DNA of 64,000 nt from assembly GCA_002245135.1 (NCBI GenBank), contig NGBS01000871.1:248001-312000 (forward strand), read 5' to 3'. Shown one piece after another: positions 22,873 to 37,366 of this stretch (within the stretch, counting starts at the first letter, position 1; every line of letters starts with the position of its first letter). The notes under the pieces were generated by a model. It ran no database searches. It worked only from the letters and a program-made list of their open reading frames with translations, and was not told the origin of the DNA. Made by a program: the position numbers and the translations under genes. Source of the DNA: Proteromonas lacertae (lineage: Eukaryota).

Positions 22873-25800
22873 ATGGAATATACGGTTTATTTAACTATTA
22901 AAGGTAAACAGCCATATCCATTTAAGATAGAACAATCATGTACATGTAATAATTTCATTCAAAATGTTGCAGTATAAAAATTACATTTTACACTATTTTA
23001 GAGACAATTTAACTTATCTCCTCAACATCTATCTTTGAAAAATTGTTCACAAACACCTATTCCAAGTAGTGATATTCCCATCTCATCGTTTATTAAAGAT
23101 AATGAGATTATTTTTGTTTCTTTCCAACAACAACAACTATCTACACAGCCACAATATCAACAGTTGTATAGTCAACCGCAACAACAATTATCACAATCAT
23201 ATTCTTATCAACAACCTCAAACTCAGCCATATCAAACACACAATCATACTGAACCTCAACAATCATCAATCCCTATTTCAAAACAACCTCCATCTACATC
23301 ACCTCAACAACCATATATACAACCAACTCAACAACAACAAAAGGTTAATAAGTATATACAAATTGTACAGAATATGAATCCTGTTTATATTCCTTTCAAT
23401 TATAATGGACAAACTAATTATACAAACCAATATCCTTATATCAATAACCAACAACCTGTAACAGCTTATCAAAATACTTCAAATGTTATACCTCCTCAAT
23501 CAAATTATCAATATCCAAATCCACCTCCTCCTGTTCCTCCTCCATCACCACCATATGATGTAAATCCTCAACAACTTCTTCCAGCATTTGGTGTAAATCC
23601 ACTACTACCACCTCCACCTCCAACATTTGATAATTCAAATCCTCCCCTTCCATCTTCGATAAGCGAAGAACAACAGCATATAGTTGATAATAAACCTGAA
23701 GATAATAATGGTAATATACCAACTGAAAATAAACATATGAAAGGAATGAGAAGAAGAAGAAAAATAAATCCTGATTCAGATTCAGATAGTTCATATCATT
23801 CAGAGGAAAATAGTGAAGGTGATAACAATGAAGAGAATGAAGAAGAAAATGAAATGAATAATATTCTAGAAGAAACTTCAAATGTGAAAGCTGATTATAC
23901 AATTAACGATGTAATTCATTGTCATCCATTTGTGGAATATTCTATTTTGATTCAATATAATGATACTAAAAAAATTGATTGTCTTTCATTAGATAATTTA
24001 TACATTAGGAATGATGATGGAAAAGTATATCCATCATTACCATCAACATTAGTTTGTGGATTAGATTATGTAGTAAAAGATTCTATAATTGGCTTTCTAT
24101 ATAGACAAGATAATAAATATAAAAATTTCACATTACCATTATTAGAAACAAGAAGTGATAATAACATTATTCCTGAAAAGATATATTTCCATCAAATATG
24201 TGAATGTAAAGAAAAATCCTATCGTTTTCCATCATTAAGAAATAAATCTGTTACTTGTCATAGTGATATAATGATTATTCACTCTCCAGATGAATCATTG
24301 GAAGTAATTGATGAAGATACAGGAAAGAAAATAATCTGTGAACCATATAGAGATGTAACAGCTATAAATAAAAGGTCTCAAGCTGTTTTAACTGAAAATG
24401 CATTAAAAAGAATGAAAATCATCGAAGATGGAATAGAAAAGAATACTCCATTATTAGTTGAAGGTAAAACTTCAAGTGCCAAAACATTCACCGTTGAACA
24501 AGTGTGTATGAATGGTCAAATTCCATTAATTCGATATAATTTCAGTCCATCATCAGTAATTGATGAATTGATAGGAAATGTGATAATAAAAACAATAGAT
24601 GGTAAATCAACTCCAATATTCCAATTAGGTCCATTTTCTGAAGCTTTTATTGAAGGAAAAGTGATATTATTGGATGAATTATCATTAGCCAATGCTGAAG
24701 TAGTTCAAGCAATAATAAATGTTTTAGATTCTCATGAATTATATGTTGATTCAATAGGAAGTGGTTATACAAAATATGATATGAATCCTAGTTTCAGAAT
24801 AATAGCAACTCAAAATCCAGCTGGTTCAATATATAAAAGAACCAAAATTGATGAAACAATGATGTCTAGATTCAGATATATTGATTCAAGATTCTTCCCA
24901 GAAATAACAAGAGAAGAATTAAACAAGATATTAGAATCAATTGGAAAAATCTCAAAAAGTAATGTGAATGATATTTTAAATTTTCATCAAAATGCATTAG
25001 CCAATCATCCAGATAGAGTTTATACATTGAGAGATTGTATTAGAGCAAATACTCTAATAACATCAGCTAAATGTTCTTCAAAAATAGCTGCAGAGATTGT
25101 TTATGGTGATATATTACTAACAAGTAAACTGAATTTATCTAAATCACCTGAAATTAGTAAATCTACTTTATTTCCATTGAATGAAACTATTTGGAATAAT
25201 CTTTGTCAATATATTGAAGCAATATTCAAATCAGGTTGTCATATTTTATTGTGTAGTGAGAATGAATTTACAGCTAGAAAGTATGTATTATCATATCTCC
25301 AATCTATTCATGATAATGAAAAACTCAATATTATAAGATGTACAAGTGGAACAACAACTGAGAATTTGGTTGGAATGTTTCAATTAGAAGGAAATAATAA
25401 TAATGAAGAAAATGGAAATGATATTAAAATAGCCCCAAAATGGCATGATTCTCCTTTAGTAAAAAGTATAATCAATGGAGAAACTTGTTTTCTTCAATCC
25501 TTAGATAATATGAAATCTAATTCAATCGAAAGATTGAATTCTTTATTAGAAATAATACCAAATGATGGATGTAAACAGAAAGTGAGATTTGATGAAAGAA
25601 TTGAAGAACCAGAAATTGATATTCATCCAAATTTCAGAATAATTGCAAGTGTTTCAAAAAATGGTTTAATGAAATTCTCTCCTGCTTTGATTAATAGATT
25701 TATATTGGTTAATTTACCAGATGAAAAAATAGAAAATGCATTTGAAGAAAGTGATGAGAATAAAAAAGAGATGATAAATACTTTCTGTGAATCATTCTTC

Positions 25801-28800
25801 AAAGAAGATAGATATATATGTATGAATGAATTAACAAAATATTATGAAACACCCTCAAAATATTTAGAATGTTATGAAGGATTATTTGAAGGAGTTGAAG
25901 AAAGAAGAGAGTTATTAAGTGAAATATTAATATCATTAATCACACACAGATCAATAGCTTTATTTGGACATAAAGAAAGTGGTAAAAGTTATTTAATAGA
26001 ACAACTGTTGAATGGAAGTTATAATCCAATAAAATCTCTAGCATTATATATCTCTCCAGAAACTGAAATTGATCAATTGTTAGGATTCTTCACAAAGGAT
26101 AGAGAATTTCATCGAGGTGTAGTTATATCAGCAATGGAAGAAGGTGTAGTATTGGTGATTGAACATTCTCATTTATTATCAAGTGATATATTACAATTGT
26201 TTGAAACATTTATTGATCCAACCACTAATGAATTTGAATATATGAATAAAACCTTCAAAATACATCCATTATTCAGAGTGATATTCAATTTCACAACATC
26301 TGGTGATAGAAAACCAAATCAATCAATACCTTGTTATTGTCCAAGTTTTGAAATAAAAGAATATACCAATGAAGAAAAGAGTAAGATATTTGACTTACCA
26401 AAAGAAATATTTGAAAATGATTTATTCTCAATGACTCAACTTCATTATTTAATTCCATTAAAATCAATATATAAAGAAAAAGATAAGTTCCCTTATTTGC
26501 TTGGTTTATTTTGTGATGAAAGTAAAATATCATTATTAGATGAGATGTTCGAAGATATAATCAAAGAAGTAACAATAGAAACATTTCTGAAAAGTAAAAT
26601 TCAAATCACAAAAGAAAAGAATCATTATACTCTATCAAAGTATAACATATCAACAACATGTGAATTAAATAAAATATCTGATAATGTTGATAATTGGTAT
26701 TTGGAAAGTCTATTTCGATTATCGTTATTATCATCAAGTGATTGTCAAGCACCAGTTTTATATATCACATGTGAATCATTCCAAATGTCTTTAATGAATG
26801 ATTTATATGAAGATAATGGAAGATTTATCGAATTATCAAGATCTTATGATTCTTCTTATTTGATAGGAAGTACTTTAATTTCCAGTCCATCTGAGTTATT
26901 AACAACAATGAATCAAATAGCAACATCATATAAAAAATACAATAATCATAATCCAAGTGATGCATTTGTTAAATGGAAGAATAATATGGAGGAAATAATG
27001 AAATATAATGAAGAATCTTGCTTATTCTTCAAACCTGGTTTGATAATGACAAGTTTTATAACTGATGAAACATTGATATTAAATCATTTTGATCTTATAA
27101 GTGAATCTGTTTTACCCAGAATAACAGGATTATTGGAATTATACAAAGGAAATATGTTTTATAATAAAAATGATAATAATCAATATGTTTATTCAGTTTA
27201 TGAAGATATAATGAATCAAATAAAAGATATAAGGAGTTTTATTCCACCCAAGATGATAGGAGTAATAAGTGATAGTGATTTTAATAGAATTAATGATAAA
27301 TCTTTATTCTTGCCAATCTATTGTCCAAATCCAACAGAAACAGAATTAATCAAAAGATTTCCATTATGTAAAGATATAATTGGATACCCATTACACTTTT
27401 ACATATTGGAGGATAGAATACAGAAGTATTTTAGTAATCCAATTAATTCAATGTTTTATTTAGATTATATATCAAGAAATCATCAATCAAGATATGAATT
27501 ACTAAGATCTAAGAAAGCCAAATCTGTTTCTCAACCATTACAAAGACTATTGAAATTGGATGATAAGAATTTTGAAGAAGTATCAGCGATTTTGGATGTT
27601 GATAAATTATTGAAAGAAGTATTTAGTGTTAGTTTTATGGATGTGTATGATAAGATTCAAGATTATTTGAATAAGAATATTCAAGAATCATTTTATATAG
27701 TTCCAACCACAGTTCATATGATATTGACATTATTATTAGGAATACAATCGAATTTACCAGTGATATTAGAAGGTGATCCAGGTGTTGGTAAATCAGTAAC
27801 AGCTCAACATGTTTATAATGCTTTGGATATTCCAATATTCAGATTTAATTTATCACCAAATATAACAATTCAAGAATTATTTGGTAGTTTAACAATTGGA
27901 TCTGATCAAAATCAAGAAAGAAAACCAGGTATAATAACAACAGAATTAGAAAATCATAAAGATGATGAAGAAATAGGATTTCTATTTGATGAATTGAATT
28001 TAGCTCCACCTGATGTATTGGATGAGTTTTACACATTTATAAAATGTTGTACTGATAAGAATAAAACAACATTTGATGCTCCTGGATATAGGAGAATAGA
28101 ATTGCCAAAGAAAGTTCATATAATTTGTACTTTAAATCCTGCTTCAATGACAAGTAACAGATCTTCTTTATCAAGTAATTTATTAACAATTAGTTTATAC
28201 CATAATGATATATCATATCAATTATCTGAATTATTGACAATAGGCAAACAAATATTAAAGCAAAGTGAAAATCCAGAAGATGGAGCTGAAGATATAGAAA
28301 AGTTCAATCAAATAATCAATCAATTATTTGAACAATCCTTAAGACTTGGAAAACAAATAGGTATTGGATTTACATTGAGAGAACCAATCAAAGCAATAGA
28401 AGTGTGGAGAAGTTTTGATATAAAAGCTGATATAAAAGCAGCTTTATGGTTGACATTCGGATGTAAATACAATCAGAAGGATATTCAAGAAATTGAGAAA
28501 GTTTTATCAATCAATAAGGAAATGAATATAAAACTGATAGGTAAAGAAGAAAATACATTATTAACAGGTCCTTGGTCAATTCCATTCTCAAAAGAATCTT
28601 GTGGATTTGATTTTAATCAATTCACAACCTCAGAAAAATCCTTAGCTTATAAAATAGCTTTATCATATATATCCAAAAGAGCAGTGATATTATACGGTCC
28701 ATCTCCATCTGGTAAAAGTTATGTATTAAGAAGATTAGCAGAATTATATAATCAGACATTGATAGTTGTTCCATTGAATAGTGAAAGTACAAGTTCTTTA

Positions 28801-31800
28801 TTGATAGGTAGAATGGAATTAGTTTCATCTGGAAAAGAAAAGAAAACTTCATTAGAGTTTAAGAAAGGTCCATTATTAACAGCTATAGAAAAAGGATGTT
28901 GGATAGTAATAGAAGATATAAATCTAGCAAGTGGTGATATTTTGGAAAGATTAAACTCATTATGTGAAGAAAATCCAGAATTGAAAATAACTGAATATAA
29001 TGGTGAAAATGGAGATGAAGAAATAAGATATACAAGAGATAATCCCAAAGCTGAATATAGAATTCATGATAATTTCCGAATTTATTTCTCTTTTTCAACA
29101 ACCAATCTAGCAACAATTCCAGCTCCATTGTTAAGTCGTTGTATAGAGATATATGCTAATCCATTAAACACAGTAGAATCTGCTCAAGAATTGTGTTATA
29201 TAAAAGAGAGAGAAAATGAAGTGAAATGTTTTGGAAAAGAAATTCCAATTAATTTTAGAAATATACTGAGATATTTGAATAATCCAAATGATGAAAGCTA
29301 TGAATTTGAATTTCATATGAGAAGAGAATCAAAATATCCAATATTAGTAAAACCTCCAGAAACTAATACATCGAATATAAGTATATTAATCAAAAGATTG
29401 AAAGATAAGAATGTTGATAAAATTGAAGATTTGATAGAACAAGTAATGAATGATAGTATATTGATGTTTAATAGGAAAGGAAGTAATAGTGAACATTCCC
29501 AAATATACCAAATAATCAATTCTAAGTACACATCATCATTATTGTATTATCCACTTTATCAGATATATTCAACAGTGAATAAGAATTTTGGTAAAAATAC
29601 AACAATAATTGAATGTAATTCAATTCTTCAAAGATGGATTTTATTCAAATATTTCAAAATATCTTCATCAGACAAGATGAAATATATTCACAAATGTCCT
29701 TTGATTGATATAAAAGATAATGAAATATGTAAATTGAAAGAATATTATAAATTAAAAAAAGATTCAGATGAGTTGTTGTTATGTTATATAATAGGTAAAG
29801 ATAAAGTATTATTGAATAATAAAGTTTCTCAATGGAATAGATATCAAAATGTGTTTAGTGATATAATTGAAAAGATAGATGAATTAGGTCCAATAGAAGT
29901 AATAGAGAATATAATAAACAAAACACTTCGATTATTGAATAAATCCTCATATTTATTAAGAAAATCAAAAGGAAATGAAGTTATAACAAATTCTTTATTT
30001 AATGATATTCAAAGAATATATGATGAATTTGATGAAGCAATGAAAGATACAAGTTTAAAACTGAATAGATTCTATGGAATGGATAAATATTTTGAAGAAT
30101 ATTCTACATTTTATACTGATATGAAAGGATCAAAAAATACATCAATGATAAGAGATCATAAAAAGAGAGAAAAAGTAATGAATTATAACAAAATCAAAAG
30201 AGAATTAACAAATATAAAGAGTGGATTTGAAATGGATTTTGAAGAAAAAAACAATATAGAAGGAATAGATGATGATGCTTATGATTTATTAAAAGATATA
30301 AAACAAATAAAAGACACAGGAATAGATTATAATGAAATTGAAGATAAAGAAGCAAGATTGTATTTAGAATGTAGTCATTTCTTATATGCGTTAGAAGTGT
30401 CAAATACAGCATCAGCAATAGTTCAATATTATGAATTATTGAGAGAATTAGAAATATCAAAAGATAAGTTAATTCATGATTTTGATAATTTTAAAGTTAT
30501 GAAAGAATCTTTAGAAATATATGTGACAGCTAGAATCAATTATTATGCTAAAACTGTAGATTTGAATTATTATTATTCCATAATTAAAGAAGCTCCATTT
30601 TATATTCATAGAAAAATAACTCAACAACAATTAGATAGTGCAATAAATACTTTATTAGATAATGAATGGATTAAATCGAAACAAACATTTATCAATGGGA
30701 GAGTTGATTATGATTTATCACATATAACTGATAAATGTAATACAGATTATTATGAAGATAATTTGGATTTACAAGCATTGAGAATTATTAGATATGTAGA
30801 AGAAGAAAATGAAAGAGAATTGGATTTACATAAGATATTATCATTAGAACCATACAATTACACAAGTAAATGTGAACCAGGAACAATAGTATCATCATCT
30901 GATTTAAAATATGAATATCAAATTAGAAATTATAATATGAAAAAAGGACCTTTGTTTTATATCTATGAAGGAATATATAATTCATCATTACCATTTCATG
31001 ATAAATTAGTTTTAATATGTCCATTATTACACAATGAATTATCAGATATTGTGTTAGAAATATTGAGTGAAAAATCATTGAAAGATTTCTTTAAAACAAA
31101 TCCTATTCTAAAATCAATAGATGATATAATTCCAAAAGCAGATGAATATCTTGAAAATGAATATAAAAATAGAATAGAAGGAATAGATCAGAAGATAAAG
31201 AGATTAGAAAAAGAGTATAATGAATTGAAGAATAATAAAAACAAATTAGGAAACTATTGCATTCTCATGGAAGATAAATTAAAAAGAGGTGCTAAAAAAG
31301 TTGTTGAAAGAGAAAATAAAGAATTTGAAAAGAAATATGGATCAATAGAATCAATAGAGAAAGCTAAGAATTATATTTTGACATTATATTATCATGAATC
31401 AATAAATCATATGATTGAAAAATCAAGTCCACATGATTCTGAATTATCAGAAAATGATATTAAAAAATTATTAAATTCAAAACCAGACTCAATTTATTTT
31501 AAAGTTGCTGTTTTTAGATATAAAAAATATTCTAGTTTCAAATTTAAACTTCATTGTGGTGATGATTCAGTATTGGGATTTACAAAACATGAAATAAATA
31601 TTTCTTCTAAAGAAGGAATGTTTAATAAAGTTAAAAATTATTTTGGTTATGGTGATGAAAAGAAAGAATTATATGTTGTTTTGCCATTATCAACTTATGA
31701 TGTGGATGTTGAAATAACAAAACATAAATGTGATGCGGAAATGGAATATAAATATTATCCATTTAATTCAGATAATAAAGATGATTATATCTCTCGTTCT

Positions 31801-34800
31801 TTGATGTTAAATATGATAAAATTCTGTAAAGAAAATAAGATTAGATGTGAAACATCATTGAATAAAACATTAATAGAAAAATATTCATTCTTACTTAAAG
31901 GTGGAAATAAATCTGGAAGTTTAAATAAAGATTATAGATTATATAAATTTGATAATAATTATGGATATAATGGAATTAATCTACATAATTCATATTTTGA
32001 TTCAGATTTAAACATATTTCCTATTAACCAAATGTTCACTTACTTTAAACTTTCAAAATGTATTTCAATACCAAGAAATGCACCAAAAGCAAATAAAACT
32101 GAAATGAGTAGATTAACAGAAGATATATATAAAATATTTATCAAAAAGTCATTTGCTTCTATAAATGATTATTATTCATATATTACAAATACTTCTACAT
32201 ACGTAAAAGGAATAAGGAATGATTTTGGAGATATAATAGAAGAGATAAATAAATCTAAAAAGCAACTAGATGGGATTGTAAAGAAATATTCAATAAAGCT
32301 TCAAGAATTAGAAAATGCAAAGAAAGAAAAAGAGAGTATTGATAGATTAAAACCAATACAATCAAAAGTGTTTATTCCAGAAGGATATGCATATAAAAGA
32401 GATAATTCACAATCAAAGAAAGAAAAAATGAAATTAGCTAACATGATATTTATAACGAATATCAAAGATCATGAATTTATTCTTCCTGAAGATGATTATA
32501 TTGAATTACCTCCATTAGTCAAATCCAGATCTAATCCAATTATAACAATTCCAATAATCAATCCATCTAACATCAATATATCTGTTGAATCAAAGAAATG
32601 TCATGTTAGAATAACACCATCAAGTGAATTAGAAATAATGATTGATAATCCAGAAGTAGGAGAAATAGAAATACCAATAAAAATATCAATTCCAAACAAA
32701 TCTGTAGAAATGAAAGTAAAATTTGAAGTGAAAGAATATGATGGTGTTTTTTTCACAAATTATCAATGTGGAATTGATGAAAGTCATCCAAATAGATTAA
32801 TCTATACATGTGAATATAATGATTCTCTATTTGAATTAACATGGTTTGATGAAAAAGGAAAACATACAAAACAACATAATAGGAAAGATGATATTAAAAT
32901 GGAAGTTGATGATCATTATTCTGTTTATTATGTTTCTTCTTTAAATCAACCATTAGGTTTTAAATTTATTGAGAAAAAAGGAAGATGGAAATTATATAAT
33001 CCTGATAAAGAATCTCCATTAAATGATATTGTTGGTTTACCAAAAGATATAGTTGATGTAGATGAAAAATTAAATCAAATACAACAAAAGAATAGTTTGA
33101 CAGAATATGTTAATGGTTTAAAGAATATATTCTTATCAAAACTATCAAATAATGAAGATGTAAGTGATAAAATTGATCAAATAATTTCCTATTTATATCA
33201 TATTGCCAGTAATAAAGAAGATTATCTGAATAGTATATTCAAATTAGTAAATGATAATCTTCAATACATAAACACTCAAAATCATCCATTAATATGGAAA
33301 CAAAAACGAGAATTAGGAAATGAAGTAAGAAAGAATATAAACAATCCACAAAATGATAGAAAGAAAGCAGTTGCTGAAGTAAAACAGAACGACAATATTA
33401 CATTATTAACAAGAGTTAATAAAGTAGATAATAACAATGGAAAAGGAAAATTAGTGAAATTGAGTAAAAGAGAGTGTGATAAAGATATAAATGTTATAGC
33501 AAGTGCTTTTATAGGTGATATGAATCCTGAAATAGAAGATAAAGTAAATGAAGAAAATGAAAATGATGAAAATGAGAATGAGATGAATGAAGAGGATATA
33601 GAAAGACAGAAAGATAATTTGAGAGATATGAATGTAAGAGATATATTAGAACATTTCAAAGCGATGACATTAGATGAATATTTCAAATCAATAGATGAAA
33701 GAAGAAATGATATAGATGCAACAAAGATAATGAAATTGAATGAAGGAGAGAATAGAATTCCATTAACAGAATTTAAACCAATAAATGAAATTGATACTAA
33801 TATGATGAAAGAATATAGAAAATCATTATCGAAATATGTTTATTATATGACAAATGAAATAAGAAATCTAAATTCAAAGAGAGAAAACCCATTACAACTG
33901 ATTCAAACATTGACAATAATAATTGATACATCATTTACACATAAGAAATACAAAGCCAGATTAAGATCATTAACAGCATGTATATTATTATTGATTTGTA
34001 AAGAGTTGAATATATCAACCCAAATATTAGCATCATTATCTCATGGTCAATGTATATCAATAGCTGAATATAAAGAAGATTTATATATAAAAATGAGTAG
34101 AATATTTGATTTAGAAGGAGTAGAGAAAATGCCTTCAACTCCATTAGATGTATTTTCATATCCTGAAGATACACCAACAAATAATCCAAACCATGATCAT
34201 ATGTATATAATAGTAAGTGATTGTTTTTCAGAACAATTATTAACTTCCAATGATGATGTATGTAATTTCATAAGAAGTAATTTGAAAGTATTATTTTTGA
34301 TGAGAATTAATGGAAATAAAGATCATCCAGATGAATTATTATCACCTGATAATTCTGCAATGATGAAAAAATGTGTTGAATACAATTTTACATCAAATAA
34401 CAATATAATGATTGATAATGAAAGATGTTTTGAAGATATGAAATATTTTGTGAAATTATATCCTTTCTTCTATTCTGAAAGAGTAATAGAATATAATATA
34501 CCAAAAGATATAAAACCCCAATCCAATCCAAATATAAATGATAATTCAAAATCAATAGGAATAGGATTATATGAAGTAAAAGAAAAAGATATATATGCAG
34601 TTTTAATTGATGATAGTAAATATCATGGAAATACAATAAAACTACCAGCTGTTGGTGATAAAGATTTAGATTTCATAAGTCATGGAAATGGTAATGTTGT
34701 ATTACATAAATATTTGACAGAGAATATAAAGAGTAATTTGTTATTTTATCCATTGAATTCTTCTTTAACAATTCCAAACAAACCAACAACATGGATAGCT

Positions 34801-37302
34801 AGTGTATCTGGAACATCAATTCATTTCCAGAATTTCATAAAGTTCATAATAACAGGAATAAGTGATGGAAAATTTTTCAAAAAGAAAACAGGAAATAAGA
34901 TAAGATCTTATAGTTTATCAATAGTGTTAGATGCATCTTCATTCACAATGAGTCCAATCAATATATCTCATACATTAAAGACATTTTATACCTTATTAAG
35001 AGGAATATGTGAAGTGAATGTTCCAGCCATAGATATTTGGATTGCAACTGATCAAATAAACAAAATAGGAACAGGTTTAAACTCAACTGATGCTTGGAGT
35101 CCAATAATAATGAGTTCAATAAATCAAATAGTAGAAACATGTAAAGATCATCCAATTGAAGTGACTTGTTTATGTGAAACATTACAATATTCAATAGCAA
35201 CTTGTACATCCAGACCATATAGTCCAATAGTATTTGTATTAACCAATAATTGTGTCATGAATAAAGAAATGAAGATAAGATTGAAAGAAGTGATAAAATC
35301 AACTGATTGTAATATAATTGGAATGGGAGTTGGATATAATTTATATGTTGATAATATGAAGAATTTATTTCCTCATTATTTATGGAGTTATAATCCTGAT
35401 AATTTAGACAAAGTAATATCTTCAATGAGTAATCCAATCATAAAAGAGAAAGAGAAAGGGGATTGGCAAAAGTGTCCATATCCATTTGAAAATGGTTCAA
35501 TCAACGATTTAACAATGCCAGTTTCAATAATGGATGAAATAATGGTGAAATTTATAAGTGAATTATATTCTGCGTATGAATTTAGAGCTAAGTTCTTTAA
35601 TGTATTAAAAACCAGAGATGGAGATATAAATGCTTTAGAAGAGAATGTGGCAAGTAATGAATATGATTTAGGTAAAGATGGTGCATTTAAAGGATTTAAT
35701 GTATTGATAGTGATATTATATTTATGTCGTGGAATAAGAGATTCAATAACAGGAAATATAATAGATCCAGATATAACTGATGCTATATTACAGAATGGAA
35801 AAGCTGATGAAAAAGGAGTAAATCATAGTCCAGTAAAGAAACTTGAAGAAAAAGGCTTTATGGTGTTAGTAGTTTATGATTATTATACAGCAATTCAAGA
35901 AATAGCTACAAAACAATATAGAAGTGTAATAGTAACATGTAGTGATGGAACTGGAGTATTTCCTAAAGAAGCAGCTAATACAGAATTTGGTTATTTATAT
36001 TCATTTATTGATGTATTAAAACAGTTTTATGAATGTGGAGGAGGTATATTTTGGATGTTAGAAAACTATCCATATACTTATGAAGCAGATATATTCTTTG
36101 AGAGAGTATATGGAATAAAAGAATTATGTAAAGATGTGAATATAGCTGGTGGAAAGACAATGAGTCGAGATGTAAATGCAACAGCAGGTCATTTCTTAAC
36201 AGTTGGACAAGATGCATTCCAATTTAATATAAACAATTTGAAGATTGATACAGGTTTGAAATATATATATGAAGGTAAGACTTTAGCTTGTTTAGATGAA
36301 GAAAAACTTGGAGAAAAAGGTTTTAAGAAGTTTGCATGTGAATCAACAGGTAAAGCTTCAATAATGTTGAAAGAACAAGAAGGAAATAAAGGTAAAATGG
36401 TGATAGATACAGCTTCAACGAAATTATTTTTAGAATTCACAAGTGATGGAACAAGTAGATGGATTAGTAATGCTGTTGTTTGGTTATTGAATATTGATAG
36501 TTATTTCTCATGTAATAGATTTAATGGAAATATTCCAAATACATTACCAATTCAAGTTGATATGAGTAAGATAACAATTGATAATTCTTATGTAAAGAGA
36601 GTATTGACAAAACCAGTAAATTTCTGTTTGACTGTTGTAATGGATTGTACTAGATCAATGAGACCTTATATTGAAAGTACAAAGAATCTTATTATGTCAT
36701 TATTCAATGAATTAAATGAAATAAAAAGAAAAGCTGGTGTTGATGCTTCATCAAAGATATGTGCACAATTCGTTGGATATGGCGATTTCTATGATGATCC
36801 ACCAAAAGGAGATAAATGTATTTACAAACAGTCTGGAGTTATGGAGGATATTCAAAAGTTAATAGAATTTATGAAAGATGTAAAAGATGATGCAGAAAGT
36901 GGTGAAGATGTAATAGAAGATTTGAATGATGGCTTTGATTGTGCTGTTAATAATATAAGATATTTAACAGATAATTATAAACATATGATATTAGTTGCAG
37001 GAGATTTTCCTGGTCATGGTGATGGAAATGGTATTGTTAGTGATTCTTTTCCATCAGAACATCCAATTAAGCATGTTAGTTGGGATAGTTTTTGGAGTGA
37101 CGTATGTGATAGATTTAAAAAAATAGATGCTGATGTTCATTGCTTATGTATTAACAATTGTGGTATTTCAAATACAATGGATAGAATAAGAAAATTCTAT
37201 CCAAAAGTTAAAGATTACCGAACAAATGATGCTTCACAGTTTTCCAAAGTAATGAGAGAAGCAATAGTATCTCAATACAAAGCATATGTAGGAGTTACAT
37301 AG
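22873..37302 (+). CDS. Giant (~4,799 aa) UBL / six-AAA+ (midasin/MoxR-like) / multi-vWA / GATase-like protein
   Basis: Exon 1 22873-22971, 30-nt intron 22972-23001, then one open frame to TAG 37302. Walker A/B pairs: GKTSSAKT/ILLDE, GHKESGKS/LVIEH, GDPGVGKS/FLFDE, GPSPSGKS/IVIED, plus two degenerate modules. vWA-like IIIDTS, IVLDASSF and VVMDCTRSM. Confidence 0.85.
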
Positions 37303-37366
37303 TATTATACAAAATTATTAATACAAACAAACATAAAGTCATTCATTATATTTATATTAATTATTT

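Noticed and set aside
23069..36440. Many 60-140 aa alternative-frame and antisense ORFs inside the giant gene (and similar ones in the channel gene)
   Set aside because: Low-information L/I/Y/F-rich translations typical of off-frame AT-rich coding DNA, with no motifs.
22873..37302. Calling the giant ORF MDN1/REA1
   Set aside because: It has an N-terminal UBL-like domain, two dead AAA modules, only a short acidic patch and extra domains after the vWA. Orthology cannot be supported from sequence alone.
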